From contig JAZNPB010000008.1 of the NCBI GenBank assembly GCA_045589435.1, positions 21,478-85,477 of the forward strand: DNA of 64,000 nucleotides, in the 5' to 3' direction. The notes under the pieces are model-generated. The model searched no databases. It saw nothing but the letters and a program-made list of their open reading frames with translations, and was not told the DNA's origin. Source of the DNA: Eubacteriales bacterium (GTDB lineage: Bacteria; Bacillota; Clostridia; Oscillospirales; CAG-272). The position numbers and the translations under genes were made by a program. Numbering within the stretch: position 1 is the first letter of the stretch; each line of letters opens with the position of its first letter. Shown one piece after another: positions 10,183-22,500 of this stretch.

Positions 10183-13100
10183 ATGACCAAGAAACTGATT
10201 TTATTGATTCTTGCTCTTCCTCTCTTCTTGATGATATGCTTATTCACTGCAACCAGCGGCGTTAGCCTTGCGGTACCGATCAGTGTATCAGGAATTGAGC
10301 TTAGCAGCGAATCATACGTTGAAATGGATTTAGATAATCCAAGAGAGCAGCACGTGATAGACTATACAGTTTATCCTACGAATGCTGCGAACCAGGCAGT
10401 TACCGTATCGTACGAGCCTCTTGTGGATGACACAGGAGCAGAGCAGAGACTTGCTCAGTTCAGCTACGATGAGGAAACTCGCACATTAAAGCCCTTGTCA
10501 CCCGGCTCTGCAGAGGTAGTTATTACAACTGTTGACGGCGGATTTAAGGCAAGATTTACTGTTTATGTAAAAACAAAGCAGCTTGTTTCCGTTGAAGCAA
10601 GCCACCCATCCCTCGGTGCAACAGTCGACGAGGAAACCGGAGCAGACAAATACATTCTTAACCCCGGTGAAGAATTTGTCGTTGACATCAAATGTGAGCC
10701 CGCAGGTGCGCAGAACGTTCGTGTAGACGTTAAATCCAGCAACCCCGAGGTAGTATCGGTTATTGGTAAACGCTTGAAGGCGAACGGTGTGGGCAGATCG
10801 ATCATCACCGTAACCTCTCGAGCTAACAAGTACATCAGCGATAGCTTCGTTATCGAAGTAGAGAATCCTGAGAACCAGTCCATCGTTATCGTTGATAAGA
10901 ACGTTTCCACAATTGAAACCTCAGGCTCTATTCCGATCTCCATTTATGCAACCACTGCATACACTCTCGATGCAAAGGTAGTTGACGGAGAAGGCAACGA
11001 GATCAAGGACGCATACAATTACGTTCGTGTATGGCCAAATGCAAACAACACGGCCATCGAATATTACTTCGTTGAAGATTATTACGGAACAACGTTTATC
11101 GACGTTACACTCAAAACAGATCTCGGCGAGGTAACAACTATCAGATGTAGCGCTACAAAGCTTCATCCATCCGAGCAGGGAGAATTCCGTATCGAGTTTG
11201 ACAATAGCAATTACGGAATGGTATACGATCAGTATGACGATATATACTTCCGTATATGGCCCGATGACGGATCCATGGATCTTGAATTCAAAGTAGAGTT
11301 CAACAACGGCAACGTTTTGGTTGACCAGGAAATAATTCCTGTAGGCGGATCCTTCTATCAGCTTGGTATTTACTCCAAGTTCGCAGGAATATCAGAGCTT
11401 ACGGTTACAGCAACGGATAAGGTAACAGGCCAAACAACAACCAAGACTGTTCCCATCACCGTAAAACCCAGCATGATCGGCGTTACTCCTCCGAAGTATG
11501 ACGGTATCGAGGGTTCATTCACCATCGGTAAGTACAACGCAAATCATACAGAATCATCCCCATCCCTCTATGAGTACGTTCTCAATTACAAGATCTCCGA
11601 CAAGGTCGGCGAAGGATTCTATGAGAACCTCAAATGGATATCCAGCAGCGATGCAGTTTACGTTGATGAAAACGGCAAGATCGTATTCGTTGAAGGTAAA
11701 GATATCGAAGACTTCGTAACGTTTACTGTTGTATTTTCTGCAAACGGCGTTGAAACCAAGTCTCAGGCTATCAAGATCAGATGCGTATCTAACGGTTATA
11801 ACGCAACAAGCTATAAGGAACTTCTCAAGCTCACAAACGAGGGCAAGGTAGTAGTCCTTCAGAATGACATTGTAGACGATTTCGGTAAAGACCTTACAGG
11901 CTTCGAATATCCTCTCTACACAGAAATGCAATCCACCTATGACACAACCTGGTATAAGAATCAGGGCAGAGAGGCGGAAGCAAAGATCAAGGTTCTCATC
12001 TCCTTTAGAGCAAGCGTTTACGGCAATGGTCACGAGATCAATGCAAATAACGTTGTATCAGTAGGTCAGAATTCAAGCTTTGCTGAAAACGGTCAGCCTC
12101 AGCTTACAAACGACGCTATCTTCCGCGGACCTCTCAGCTTCGTAGGTCTTGCAGACGGAAAGGGTCAGGGCGGTGCCGTAACAGTTGCAGCGCAGGATAA
12201 TATCTGCTTTGCGGCATACGATAACGTTACACTCAATAACGTAGTCCTTACAGGACGTAACATGATTTCTGAAAATGGCACGTACAATCTTCAGCAGCTT
12301 CACTATGCAGGAACTGTTGTAGAAGTTTTCGGTGACGTAAATATCGAATACTCCCGTGTAAGAAACGGTAGAAACGTAATCCGTGCATTCGGTGATGACA
12401 CTCCCTTTGGCGATGTAGGTCCTGACAGAAACATCAATCTTTCCGTAACAAATTCTGTTCTCAGCAACGGTCGTGACTTCATCATGCGTGTGGGAAGTAA
12501 CAAATTCATTGACGGAAGAGAAGGCGATAAGGACGCGCTCAGCCCATACATTCGCGATGATGATCCTACCGATAGAGTTGATTATTCCATGAGACATCAC
12601 TACAGTGACGATAAGTACACTGATGGTGAAAGATCTAAATATGACGAACAGTTCATCAGAACGTTTGTAACTCTCAAGAATTCCGTTCTTGAGGAACCCG
12701 GCATCTTCGGTATCGGTGTTGATTCACACTTTGCAGGAACTGCTCTTCAAAATGGTGAAAACTTCAAGGAATACGCAGCGAACAGTGAAGCACTTAACTA
12801 TTGGAAGAACATGGCTAAAACCAGCTACGGTGTAAAGCTCACTCTTTCCGGCGACGTAAGAATGTACTGCTGGAAGGATCTTAACACGGTAGATTCAACA
12901 TCCCTTATCGAAACTATGAACGGATTCAACCTTGGTCTGCTCTCTGCAGAATCATTGGCGTTCGATATTCCAACTCTCGTTCGTTCCGCTGTAAACAGTA
13001 ACTCTAACCTTGTTAACGTTGTTTATAACCCCGAGGTTAATAAAGAAGTAAGCAACGGTAAGGGTACTTGGATGCAGATCTGGAACAGAGATGCAAACAA

Positions 13101-13395
13101 CGACGGAATCAGAGAAATGCAGGAGTACGATAAAGTACACGCAGGTATCGCATTCTTCGGAGGCGGTAAGAACTACGGTGTGCTTCATTATGACAACTTT
13201 GATTTCTATGAATTCTCAAAGCCTTATGAGATCAGTCTTGCCGATGCGGGAAGATATGAGCTTACACTTGCAGCAGGAAATGAAGAATTCTATTTCGTTC
13301 TTTACGACTCAACAACACTTAATTTCCTATATGAAAAACAGGCGGCAATGAAGGGTGACCCCGAGGAGGGTTACAGCTGTCTTTACAAGAAATAA
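10183..13395 (+). CDS. Secreted or membrane-anchored protein with Ig-like (Big_2-type) segments and a beta-helix-like C-terminal half
   Basis: ATG 10183 has RBS gaaggag 10 nt upstream. Signal/anchor KKLILLILALPLFLMICLFTATSGVSLA. Big_2-like stretches (IDYTVYPTNAANQAVTVSY; SSNPEVVSVIGKRLKANGVGRSIITVTS). N/G/V-rich turn repeats (NICFAAYDNVTLNNVVLTGRNMIS; VNIEYSRVRNGRNVIRAFGD). Confidence 0.65.
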   Translation: MTKKLILLILALPLFLMICLFTATSGVSLAVPISVSGIELSSESYVEMDLDNPREQHVIDYTVYPTNAANQAVTVSYEPLVDDTGAEQRLAQFSYDEETRTLKPLSPGSAEVVITTVDGGFKARFTVYVKTKQLVSVEASHPSLGATVDEETGADKYILNPGEEFVVDIKCEPAGAQNVRVDVKSSNPEVVSVIGKRLKANGVGRSIITVTSRANKYISDSFVIEVENPENQSIVIVDKNVSTIETSGSIPISIYATTAYTLDAKVVDGEGNEIKDAYNYVRVWPNANNTAIEYYFVEDYYGTTFIDVTLKTDLGEVTTIRCSATKLHPSEQGEFRIEFDNSNYGMVYDQYDDIYFRIWPDDGSMDLEFKVEFNNGNVLVDQEIIPVGGSFYQLGIYSKFAGISELTVTATDKVTGQTTTKTVPITVKPSMIGVTPPKYDGIEGSFTIGKYNANHTESSPSLYEYVLNYKISDKVGEGFYENLKWISSSDAVYVDENGKIVFVEGKDIEDFVTFTVVFSANGVETKSQAIKIRCVSNGYNATSYKELLKLTNEGKVVVLQNDIVDDFGKDLTGFEYPLYTEMQSTYDTTWYKNQGREAEAKIKVLISFRASVYGNGHEINANNVVSVGQNSSFAENGQPQLTNDAIFRGPLSFVGLADGKGQGGAVTVAAQDNICFAAYDNVTLNNVVLTGRNMISENGTYNLQQLHYAGTVVEVFGDVNIEYSRVRNGRNVIRAFGDDTPFGDVGPDRNINLSVTNSVLSNGRDFIMRVGSNKFIDGREGDKDALSPYIRDDDPTDRVDYSMRHHYSDDKYTDGERSKYDEQFIRTFVTLKNSVLEEPGIFGIGVDSHFAGTALQNGENFKEYAANSEALNYWKNMAKTSYGVKLTLSGDVRMYCWKDLNTVDSTSLIETMNGFNLGLLSAESLAFDIPTLVRSAVNSNSNLVNVVYNPEVNKEVSNGKGTWMQIWNRDANNDGIREMQEYDKVHAGIAFFGGGKNYGVLHYDNFDFYEFSKPYEISLADAGRYELTLAAGNEEFYFVLYDSTTLNFLYEKQAAMKGDPEEGYSCLYKK

Positions 13396-13449
13396 TTGAA
13401 CGTAAAAATTTCAACTTCACGTTTATTCGCATTTTGAAAGGAAAATTAT

Positions 13450-13521
13450 ATGAAACAAATTTTATGTAGAATTTTGGTGTTACTCGTAGTAATCGCCGCT
13501 ATATTAGGTTTGTCCTCGTGT
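13450..13521 (+). other. Lipoprotein signal peptide with lipobox (Cys24)
   Basis: Basic n-region (K2, R7), hydrophobic core ILVLLVVIAAILG, lipobox L-S-S-C. Confidence 0.75.
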
Positions 13522-16500
13522 AATATTTTCATAGAACCGGAATTAACCACATACGATCTCGTGGTAGAAGACTTTGACCGAGAAGTAGTTTTCGGCTCGG
13601 AGCTTGACCTTGAGGGGCTCTACCTCAGGGCAACCACGGGAGATGATGTGAAGGTCATTCCCGTTAATGCCAGCATGATTAAAAACGGAGATACAAGCTC
13701 CGTTGGTGAAAAGGAGCTTACCATCGAGTATGGTGGCTTCAGCTGGCAGCTCAGCTATGACGTATATTACAAGGTCGAGCACATAGTAGACGGTATGGTT
13801 TACGATTCCCAGATGGTAATGTCGAGAGATGAGCTCTTCTACGTTAAAGAGCCTTCCAAGACCGGATCCATTTTCCTTAGCTGGGATAAAGCAATTCCTA
13901 GTGAATTGACAGATAACCTTACCATCACCGCTGTATTCTTGGACGGTCTTGAGCTTCCCAAGTTCAGCGCGACTTACGGCGATACTCTTGGCGATCTCGA
14001 GCTTCCTGAAGCAAAGGGCGGCCATTGGGAGTGGAAGCATGATCTTGATACTCCCGTTGGAAACGCAGGTAAGCTTAATACGTTTACTCTCGCTTTCATT
14101 CCTGAGGTAAATACAGAGAATGCTATCGAGTTTGACGTTAATATCAGCGTTGCTAAAAAAGAACTCGAAATCAGAGTCCTTGAGGACACCTTCGAGTACG
14201 ACGGTGAAAAGCATAATGTTAAATATGCAATTTACGATGGCGATAAGCTGGTTGACTACTTCGTGAACGTTATCGAGTTCAGTAGTCCTCAGTCAGTAAT
14301 CGGCACGTACGACTATACAATTCAGATGGCAGATGCCAATTATACTGCCACAGCACGTAAAGGTTCATTCTCTATCGTTAAGATAGCAGTTACCGTTCGT
14401 GTTGAGCTTGATAAGAGCTCCATCAAATACGGCGAAGATTTTCCCGGATACAGAATCATAGTAGAAAAAGACGGCGAAGCCTTTGACTTTGAAGATGGAA
14501 TCAAGCTTGGTATTATCAAACCCGCAACTCTTGAAAAGGGATATTATGATATCGTTGCTACCGTAAAAGATGAAAACGGCGATGATATTGATAACCTTTA
14601 CAAGTATGATATCACATATGTAAACGCTGGATTTACCGTAGAGGGTATTGATTTCAACCCCGGCAAGCCTCAGTTCTCAACAGCTGACGGAACCGATATA
14701 TTCTACGGCGATAAGCTCAGCAAGGTCGTATTCGATCCTCATCCAAACGGTGAGTGGACTTGGGACTTTGATTACGCAGGCGGAGATACAGTAGGTGACG
14801 CTAATCCCGAACCTAAGCTCTTCCGCGCAATATTCACTCCCTACGATACGAGCTATAACGTATACTATGCAGATATAGCTATCGAGGTAAGAAAGAAAGA
14901 GCTTAACGTTGACCTTGATATGAACAATCCCGCAGAAAAGACCGTTACTGTTATATATGACGGAAAAGAACACGGTATCAAGTACGTGATCTGGGATTGG
15001 GATGCAAATCACGAGGAAAAGATCGATCTTACCGATAAATTTAGCGTAACAGGCAATGTTACTTACGTTACAGCAAAAGAAGAAGGATACAAGATCGTAA
15101 TCAGAATCGATCATCCAAACTATACCGGTGAAGATGAGTTCAAGCTTATAATCAAGAAAGCTGTTCCTGAAACTGATTTTGACCGTATCATCACAGCAAC
15201 ATGGCAGAGCGGTATGACCCTTGCAAGTATCGAACTTCCCCAGGGATACGCATGGGAACCTGTAGGAAATACAGCTCCAAACAAGGTTGCTGTCACAGGC
15301 GCAGGTACTTACACTTATACAGCCACCTTCACACCTGAAGACACAACTAACTATCTTACTGTTACCGATGATTTCACAGTAGTTGTAACTCATGCAAACT
15401 CCACCATCGATGGTCTTAACGCTTCTTATGACAGCTGGACCTTCAATAATAACGATCACAAACTCGCAGATCTTCTGTCCGGCATTACCGTAACAGGTAC
15501 TGACAGAGTTGTTAAGTATTATTATAATGGTAGAGAAGTTACCACACTTAAGGAAGCAGGCACATACCTCATCACAGTTAGAGTGCTTGAGAGCGGACAG
15601 TATAAAGAGGTTTCTGCTGATACAATCGTAATCATCAAGAGAGCGACAGCGGAGATCAATAACTACGGTATTCCCGATAATGGCTGGACCTACGGCCATG
15701 ATGCAAAGACTCCTTACGCTTACAAGAATTTGTCATACGTAGGCGACATCGTTGTTGAATATAAGCTCGCTTCAGCAGCAGACAGCGCGTATACAACAAC
15801 CGTTCCTACTCTTGCAGGCGCATACGTAGCTCGCTTCAGCATCGTAGGTGGCGAAGGCTATAACTGGAATAGCGCAGAACCAAAGTACGTAAACTTCACG
15901 ATCGCAAAAGCAGTTGTTACAGCTCCTACTATTACGAGCAAGATCTACACAGGCTCATCTCAAAAAGCAGACGTTGAACCAACTGATCTTTATACGATCA
16001 AAGAAAACCTTGGCGGAACAAACGCAGGTAACTACAACGTAGTTCTCGCCCTCACCGACAGTGCAAACTATAAGTGGGAAAAGACCGATGCAGCTGAATA
16101 TACAGCAACCTTCAGCATCGGAAAGGCACCTAACGCCATTGCTCCCTTCGAGGCAGGCACATGGGTTTACGGTGACGAAATTTCTCACTCTACAACAGCA
16201 ACCTTTGGCGAAGTAGTTAAGATCACTTACTACGATAAGCAGAACAATAAGGTAACAAGCTTTGATGCCGGTGAATATGTTGCAAGAGCAGAAGTAGAGG
16301 GAACCTCCAACTATGAGGGCGCAGTTCTCAGCGTTAACTTTACAGTTGGACAGCTTCCCGTAGCAGTTCCCGAGCTTAAGGAGAACACCTTCATCTATAC
16401 AGGATCTCTCATCAAGCCCGAGTTCAAGACAGCTATCCCCGAAAATGCTCCTTACTGGGTAACAAACGACGGTAAGGTAGCGGTGAACAACTCCACAACT

Positions 16501-19500
16501 CCAACTTATGCAGTAACTCTCCAGCTCAAGAATAACAACTACAAGTGGGCAGACGGAGATACAAGCAATATTAAGTCACTCACATACGTGATCAATAAGG
16601 CGGAGGCAAAGATCTCCGGTCTTACCATCACCGGCTGGACATTTGGAGACGATGCAAATTCTCCTTCAGCAAGCACAACCTTCGGTACTATCAGTTATGA
16701 TTACTACGTAAATGGTGCATGGCAGACAGCTGCTCCTAAAAATGCAGGCAATTACACAGTAAGAGCGACCGTTAACGGTACCGGTAACTTTGACGGTGAT
16801 TTTGCTACATTTGACTTCACCATTGCAAAGGCAGATGCTACAATTAACGGCGTAAATGCTGATAAAAAGTACACAACTGTTTACAGTGGAAGCAAATTCA
16901 GCATTGCAGGCGTAACATCATCTCACACAGAAACAACTCCTGTTTATACAATTAAGAACAGTGCAGGCGTGACCGTTGGAGAGATGGTAAATGCGGATAC
17001 CTACACAGTTATTATCTCCCTTGCTTCTACTGCAAACTACAATGCAGCAGAATCTATTGAGGTTGAAGTATTTATTGACAAGTTCGACGTTCATACACCC
17101 GAGCTTGTATCCAATAGCCGTATGTATAACAAGGGTATATACAAACCCGCAGTTAAGACTGATGCGCACAACAAGTACTACACCTACGAGTATTCAACTC
17201 CTGATAGTACTATCGTTGGTACGTACAGCGTAAACTTCACTCTTAACAATGAAAACTACAGATGGGACGATGCAACGTTTGCAAACGTTCTCACCTACAA
17301 TATCACAAAGGCGAATGCTGAGATCACTCTCACAAGCAACGCATTTGAGAAATATTATCGCATTCAGGGTTATACTCGTGCAGACGTTATCACAGGCGTT
17401 GGCAGAAGCCATGAGGAATCCGAGCTTTCTTACAGCATTGAAAGCTTCGGCGATGCAAACACATATACAGTAATAGTTTCTCTCCCTGCCAGCCATAACT
17501 ACAATGCGGCAGAGAATAAGACGATTACCGTTACTATCAAAAAGCAGCTCGTTTATGCTCCATCTATTTCCGACCTTATCTATAACGGCGCAGCACAGGC
17601 TCCGGACGTTGATGATTCAGATCTCTACGAGGTATTTGAAAACGTAGGCGGAACTAACGCAGCAGCATATAACGTAGTGCTTAGACTTAAAAACTCTGCA
17701 AACTACAAGTGGTCTGATGATGCTACGGATGAGGCTGAAAAGACAACTGTAGTTTACAATATCAAGCCAGCAACCATTACTCTTTCTGAACTTACAACAA
17801 AGACGTTCAAGTATCTTGATACAATTTCTTTCACCTCCCAAAAGTCATATAACGTTGATAATAAGACTGACTTCGGTGTTGTAAGATACATTTATTCCAA
17901 GACCGCAGACTTTGCGGTGACCGTAACTCCCGATGACGTTGGATTCTACTATGTAAAGGCATACGTGGATGGCGACATCAACTGGGGCTATGAAGAAACA
18001 CTTCCCGTAAGATTCCAGATTACAGAAAGACCTTTCGATGTTCCCGCCCTCAGCTGGACCAGCAAGGTTTATAATGATGAAATTCTTAAACCTACCGTTG
18101 CAAAGGACGACAACATCTACAGCGTACAGTTTGTAACTGAAAATAGCGAAGATGTTGGTACTTACACTGTAAAATTCACTCTTACGAACAGCAACTACAA
18201 GTGGAATGACGCATATTCCGGTACAGAGAGATCTCGTACTTACAGCATTACTCCTGCAACACCTACAATCGCAGGATTTGCAAGTACAAGCAAACCTTAT
18301 GATACCCATGCGATGAACCTTTCCACAACAGCATCTATCCCAGGAAGCACCCTTTCCGCAACCATCACATACTATAGCGCGAAGGATGACGCCGCAGTTA
18401 TTCCTGCACCTACAAACTTCGGTACTTACTATGTTAAGGCATCCGTAGGATCAGGCAAGAACTGGAGCGCAGCTTCTACAGACTTCATTGAAATCAATAT
18501 CACAAAGGCAAGCGCTAATATCACAGTTGATACAAGTGACATAGTTGTAACCTATGGTGATACTTTCGCACTTCCTATCGCTACAACAAATCTCGGTTCT
18601 GTAAATGTAGATAAGACCGTTGCAGATCTTGTAAACGTTGGAACTTATTACGTAACTTATACAGTAGTAGGAAACACAAACTACAACGGTGATACAGAAA
18701 CTGTTAAGGTAATTATCGGTGAGCTTGCAGTAGACGAGCCTACCGTAATTGGTACACTTACTTATCTGACCAACGCTAGTGGCGTTGCTATTGAGCAGCA
18801 GGTCAACCTTGGTGTACTTCCTTCCTATATGACTATTAAGGAAGGCACAAACAAGGGAACCTTGGCAGGTGGATACACCGTAGAGATCACCCTTGATAAA
18901 AACCACAAGTGGGCAGAAAACTCTGACGGTCGTGTGGAATGGTCTATCGCAAAGGCAAAGCTTACAAAGCCTACTGCGAATACAGCCACATTTACCTACA
19001 ACACAGAAAGCCAGACTTACACACCTGTAAACTTCGATGCAAAGACAATGAGCATCACAAATAACGTTCAGTCCAATGCAAACGAAACAGGTTACAGCGT
19101 TGTTGTAAGCATTTCCGATACTGCAAACTACGAATGGGTAGGCGGCACTCAGGAAAACATCGGATTTACATTCGTAATCAACAAGCTTGAAGTAGTTGAA
19201 CCTCAGGCAATCGGTACACTCACCTATATGGTTGACTCCGAAAACGTAGCTATTGCTCAGCAGGTCAACCTCGGTGTACTTCCTTCATACATGACTGTAG
19301 TTGAGGGAACCGACGTGAAGAGTGCAGCAGGTAACTACACTGCAAAGATTACACTCGATGAAAACCATAAGTGGGCATCTGGCTCTGACGGTGACGTAGA
19401 GTGGTCTATCGCAAAGGCGAAGCTTACAAAGCCTACTGCGAATACAACCACATTTACCTACAACACAGAAAGCCAGACTTATACACCTGTAAACTTCGAT

Positions 19501-22500
19501 GCAAAGACAATGAGCATCACAAATAACGTTCAGTCCAATGCAAACGAAACAGGTTACAGCGTTGTTGTAAGCATTTCCGATACTGCAAACTACGAATGGG
19601 TAGGCGGTACTCAGGAAAATATTGGATTTACATTCAGAATCTATAAACTTGCAGTAGAAGAACCTACCGTATCCAGCACTCACACATATACAAGTGTTGA
19701 GCATACAGTAACCCTTGATAAATTCTACGATTCCTACATGGATATCGTTCTCGGAACAGACAAGGGAACTGCAGCAGGCAACTACTGCGTAGAGATCAAG
19801 CTCGACGATAACTACGTATGGAAATTCGGCCATGACGGTAAAGTAGATTGGACTATAGCACAGGCAACGACATCCATCACGGGTCTTTCGATCACCGGTT
19901 GGACATACGACCAGTATAATGCAGTAACAAATAAGGCAAATTACACAGTAACCACCGATAGCGGATTTGTAATTCCCGAGTCTTACATCAAGGTATGGTA
20001 CAAGTCCACAAAGGCTGGTTCTACATGGTCTGAAATAGTTCCTACCGATGCAGATACCTATCAGTTCAAGGTAGTAGTTGGAACTGATGCTAATGAAAAC
20101 TGGGCAGCTGAAGAATTAATTTCTAATGAATTTACAGTTGAACAGCTTGCAGTAAACGAGCCTACAGCAACCGGAACATATACTTATACGGTTGTTGACA
20201 ATGAGGCGATCGTTCACGAAGTAACTCTTGTAGGTTACGATTCTTCCTACATGACTATAACTCTTGGAACAAACAAGGAATCCACAGCAGGCACTCACAC
20301 AGTAATAATCACTCTTGATAACAACCACAAGTGGGCAGAAAATTCCGACGGTCATGTGGAATGGTCTATTGCAAAGGCAAAGATCGATCTTAAGGATGTA
20401 GAGTGGAATTACAGTGATGCATTCGCTTACAACGGTGAAGCAAAATCTGTAGCTCTTAAGACTGCTAGCCTTCCTGGCGGATTCGGTACTATTTACACTG
20501 TAAATTACACCAATAACTCTGAAACTGACGAGGGCGATTACACAGCTAGTGCAGCATTTGCATTCCTCGGTAACAACAGCAGTAACTACGAGTTCGTTGG
20601 CACAGTAGCAGATTGTGAATGGAAGATCGATCCTGCAGAAGACAATGTGGTAACATTCACAGCTGGTGCAACCTCTTGGACATACGGAGATACAGTTTCC
20701 TATACAGCAACATCTACGTATGGAACACCTACAATTAAGATCTATGACTCTGAAGGAACGCTTCTTGCAACCTCCACAGGAGCAAACGGAACTGCAACAG
20801 TATCCATCAAACTCAATGCAGATACAAATTATAAGGTAACAGTAACCTACGAAACATCTGCTAACTGGAATACTGTAGAAAACGTAGAAGCTACCTTCGG
20901 CGTAGCACAGTCTACGGCTTACACAGCAAAAGCAAATTCGATTGACGATGCAGTTTATGGAGATCTTCTCTTAGCAAAGAGAGCAATTCCTACCGGTACT
21001 GTAACCGTTAATGGAACAACTCTTGCCGGTACATGGAAATGGCAGAATGTTACCAGCGAAACAAAAGTTGGCTCTGCCGGCACAAACACATTCTACGCAA
21101 CCTTCACACCCGATGATGCGAACTACGCAGCAACAACCAATATCGCGGTTACTGTAAACGTAGCAAAATACGGTCTTGCAGTTCCCAATGGTATACAGGT
21201 TGAGTATAACGATGGTCATACAGTTTACTCCGGCGTTGCTTCTTCTTACTTCAATGATAAATTGAGTAGCGACGGTATACTTGACACTGATATTATTGAC
21301 GTAGTGGACAACGGCGGTTCAGCAGTAGGTGACGTTGTAACCTTAACTCTTACAATCAAAGACGAGTTCAAGGGCAATTATTACTGGATCAGTTATAATG
21401 CAGATGAAACCGTGGCTACCACAACGTATATAGTAGTTGTGGATAAAAACAGCTGGGAAGTGGACGGTGAACCTACCGACATGGAATGGACATACGGTGA
21501 GGATGGTGAAGTAGTCGATGAACCTACCGCAAATCCTGTAAGTGGCATAGGTAGTGAGAAAAAGATCACTTATAAGCTTCAGTCTGATGCAGATATTCCT
21601 GAAAACTGGAACGATTGGTCAACTATTTCTGCAGAAACTCCAGCAGGTACGTACGATGTTAAGTTCGTAGTAACTCATCCGAACTATGCTGATATGGAGA
21701 AAACTGTTAAGCTCGTTATCAAGACTCGCGTGGTAGAGCTTCCCACTCTTGCAACTAACTCCTTCACTTACCAGGGTAAGGATGCGCAAGGTAACGATAT
21801 AGTTATAACTCCTGTCGTTACACATAACGATGATGAAACGCTTTATGAAACTATCAACACCGGTAACGTGAACGTTGGAACAGGCTACAAGATCACGTTC
21901 ACTCTTCCTAACAAAAATTACGAATGGGCCGATGGTCATGGTAACGAGGACAACAAGCTTGTCTACGAGCTTACCTATAACATCACAGCCGCAACCGACA
22001 ACGAGGGAACGTTCACAGCTGGTGCAACCTCTTGGACATACGGAGATACAGTTACCTATACAGCAACATCTAAGTATGGAACACCTACAATTAAGCTCTA
22101 TGACTCTGAAGGAACGCTTCTTGAAACCTTCACAGGAGCAAACGGAACTGCAACAGTATCCATTGGTCTCGGTGCAGGTACAGGCTATAAAGTAAAGGTA
22201 ACCTACGAAACATCTGCTAACTGGAATGCTGTAGCAGACAAAGAAACTACCTTCGACGTAGCACAGTCTACGGCATACACAGCAACTGCAGATTCTATAA
22301 ACGCAGTTTATGGAGATCTTCTCTTAAGCAAGAAGGAAATTCCTACCGGTAGCGCATCTATTGCCGGTACATGGAGCTGGAATAGTGCTAATGCTGAAAC
22401 AACTGTTGGTGATTTCGGCACAAACAAATTCTACGCAACCTTCACACCCGATGATGCGAACTACGCAGCAACAACCAATATCGCGGTTACTGTAAACGTA

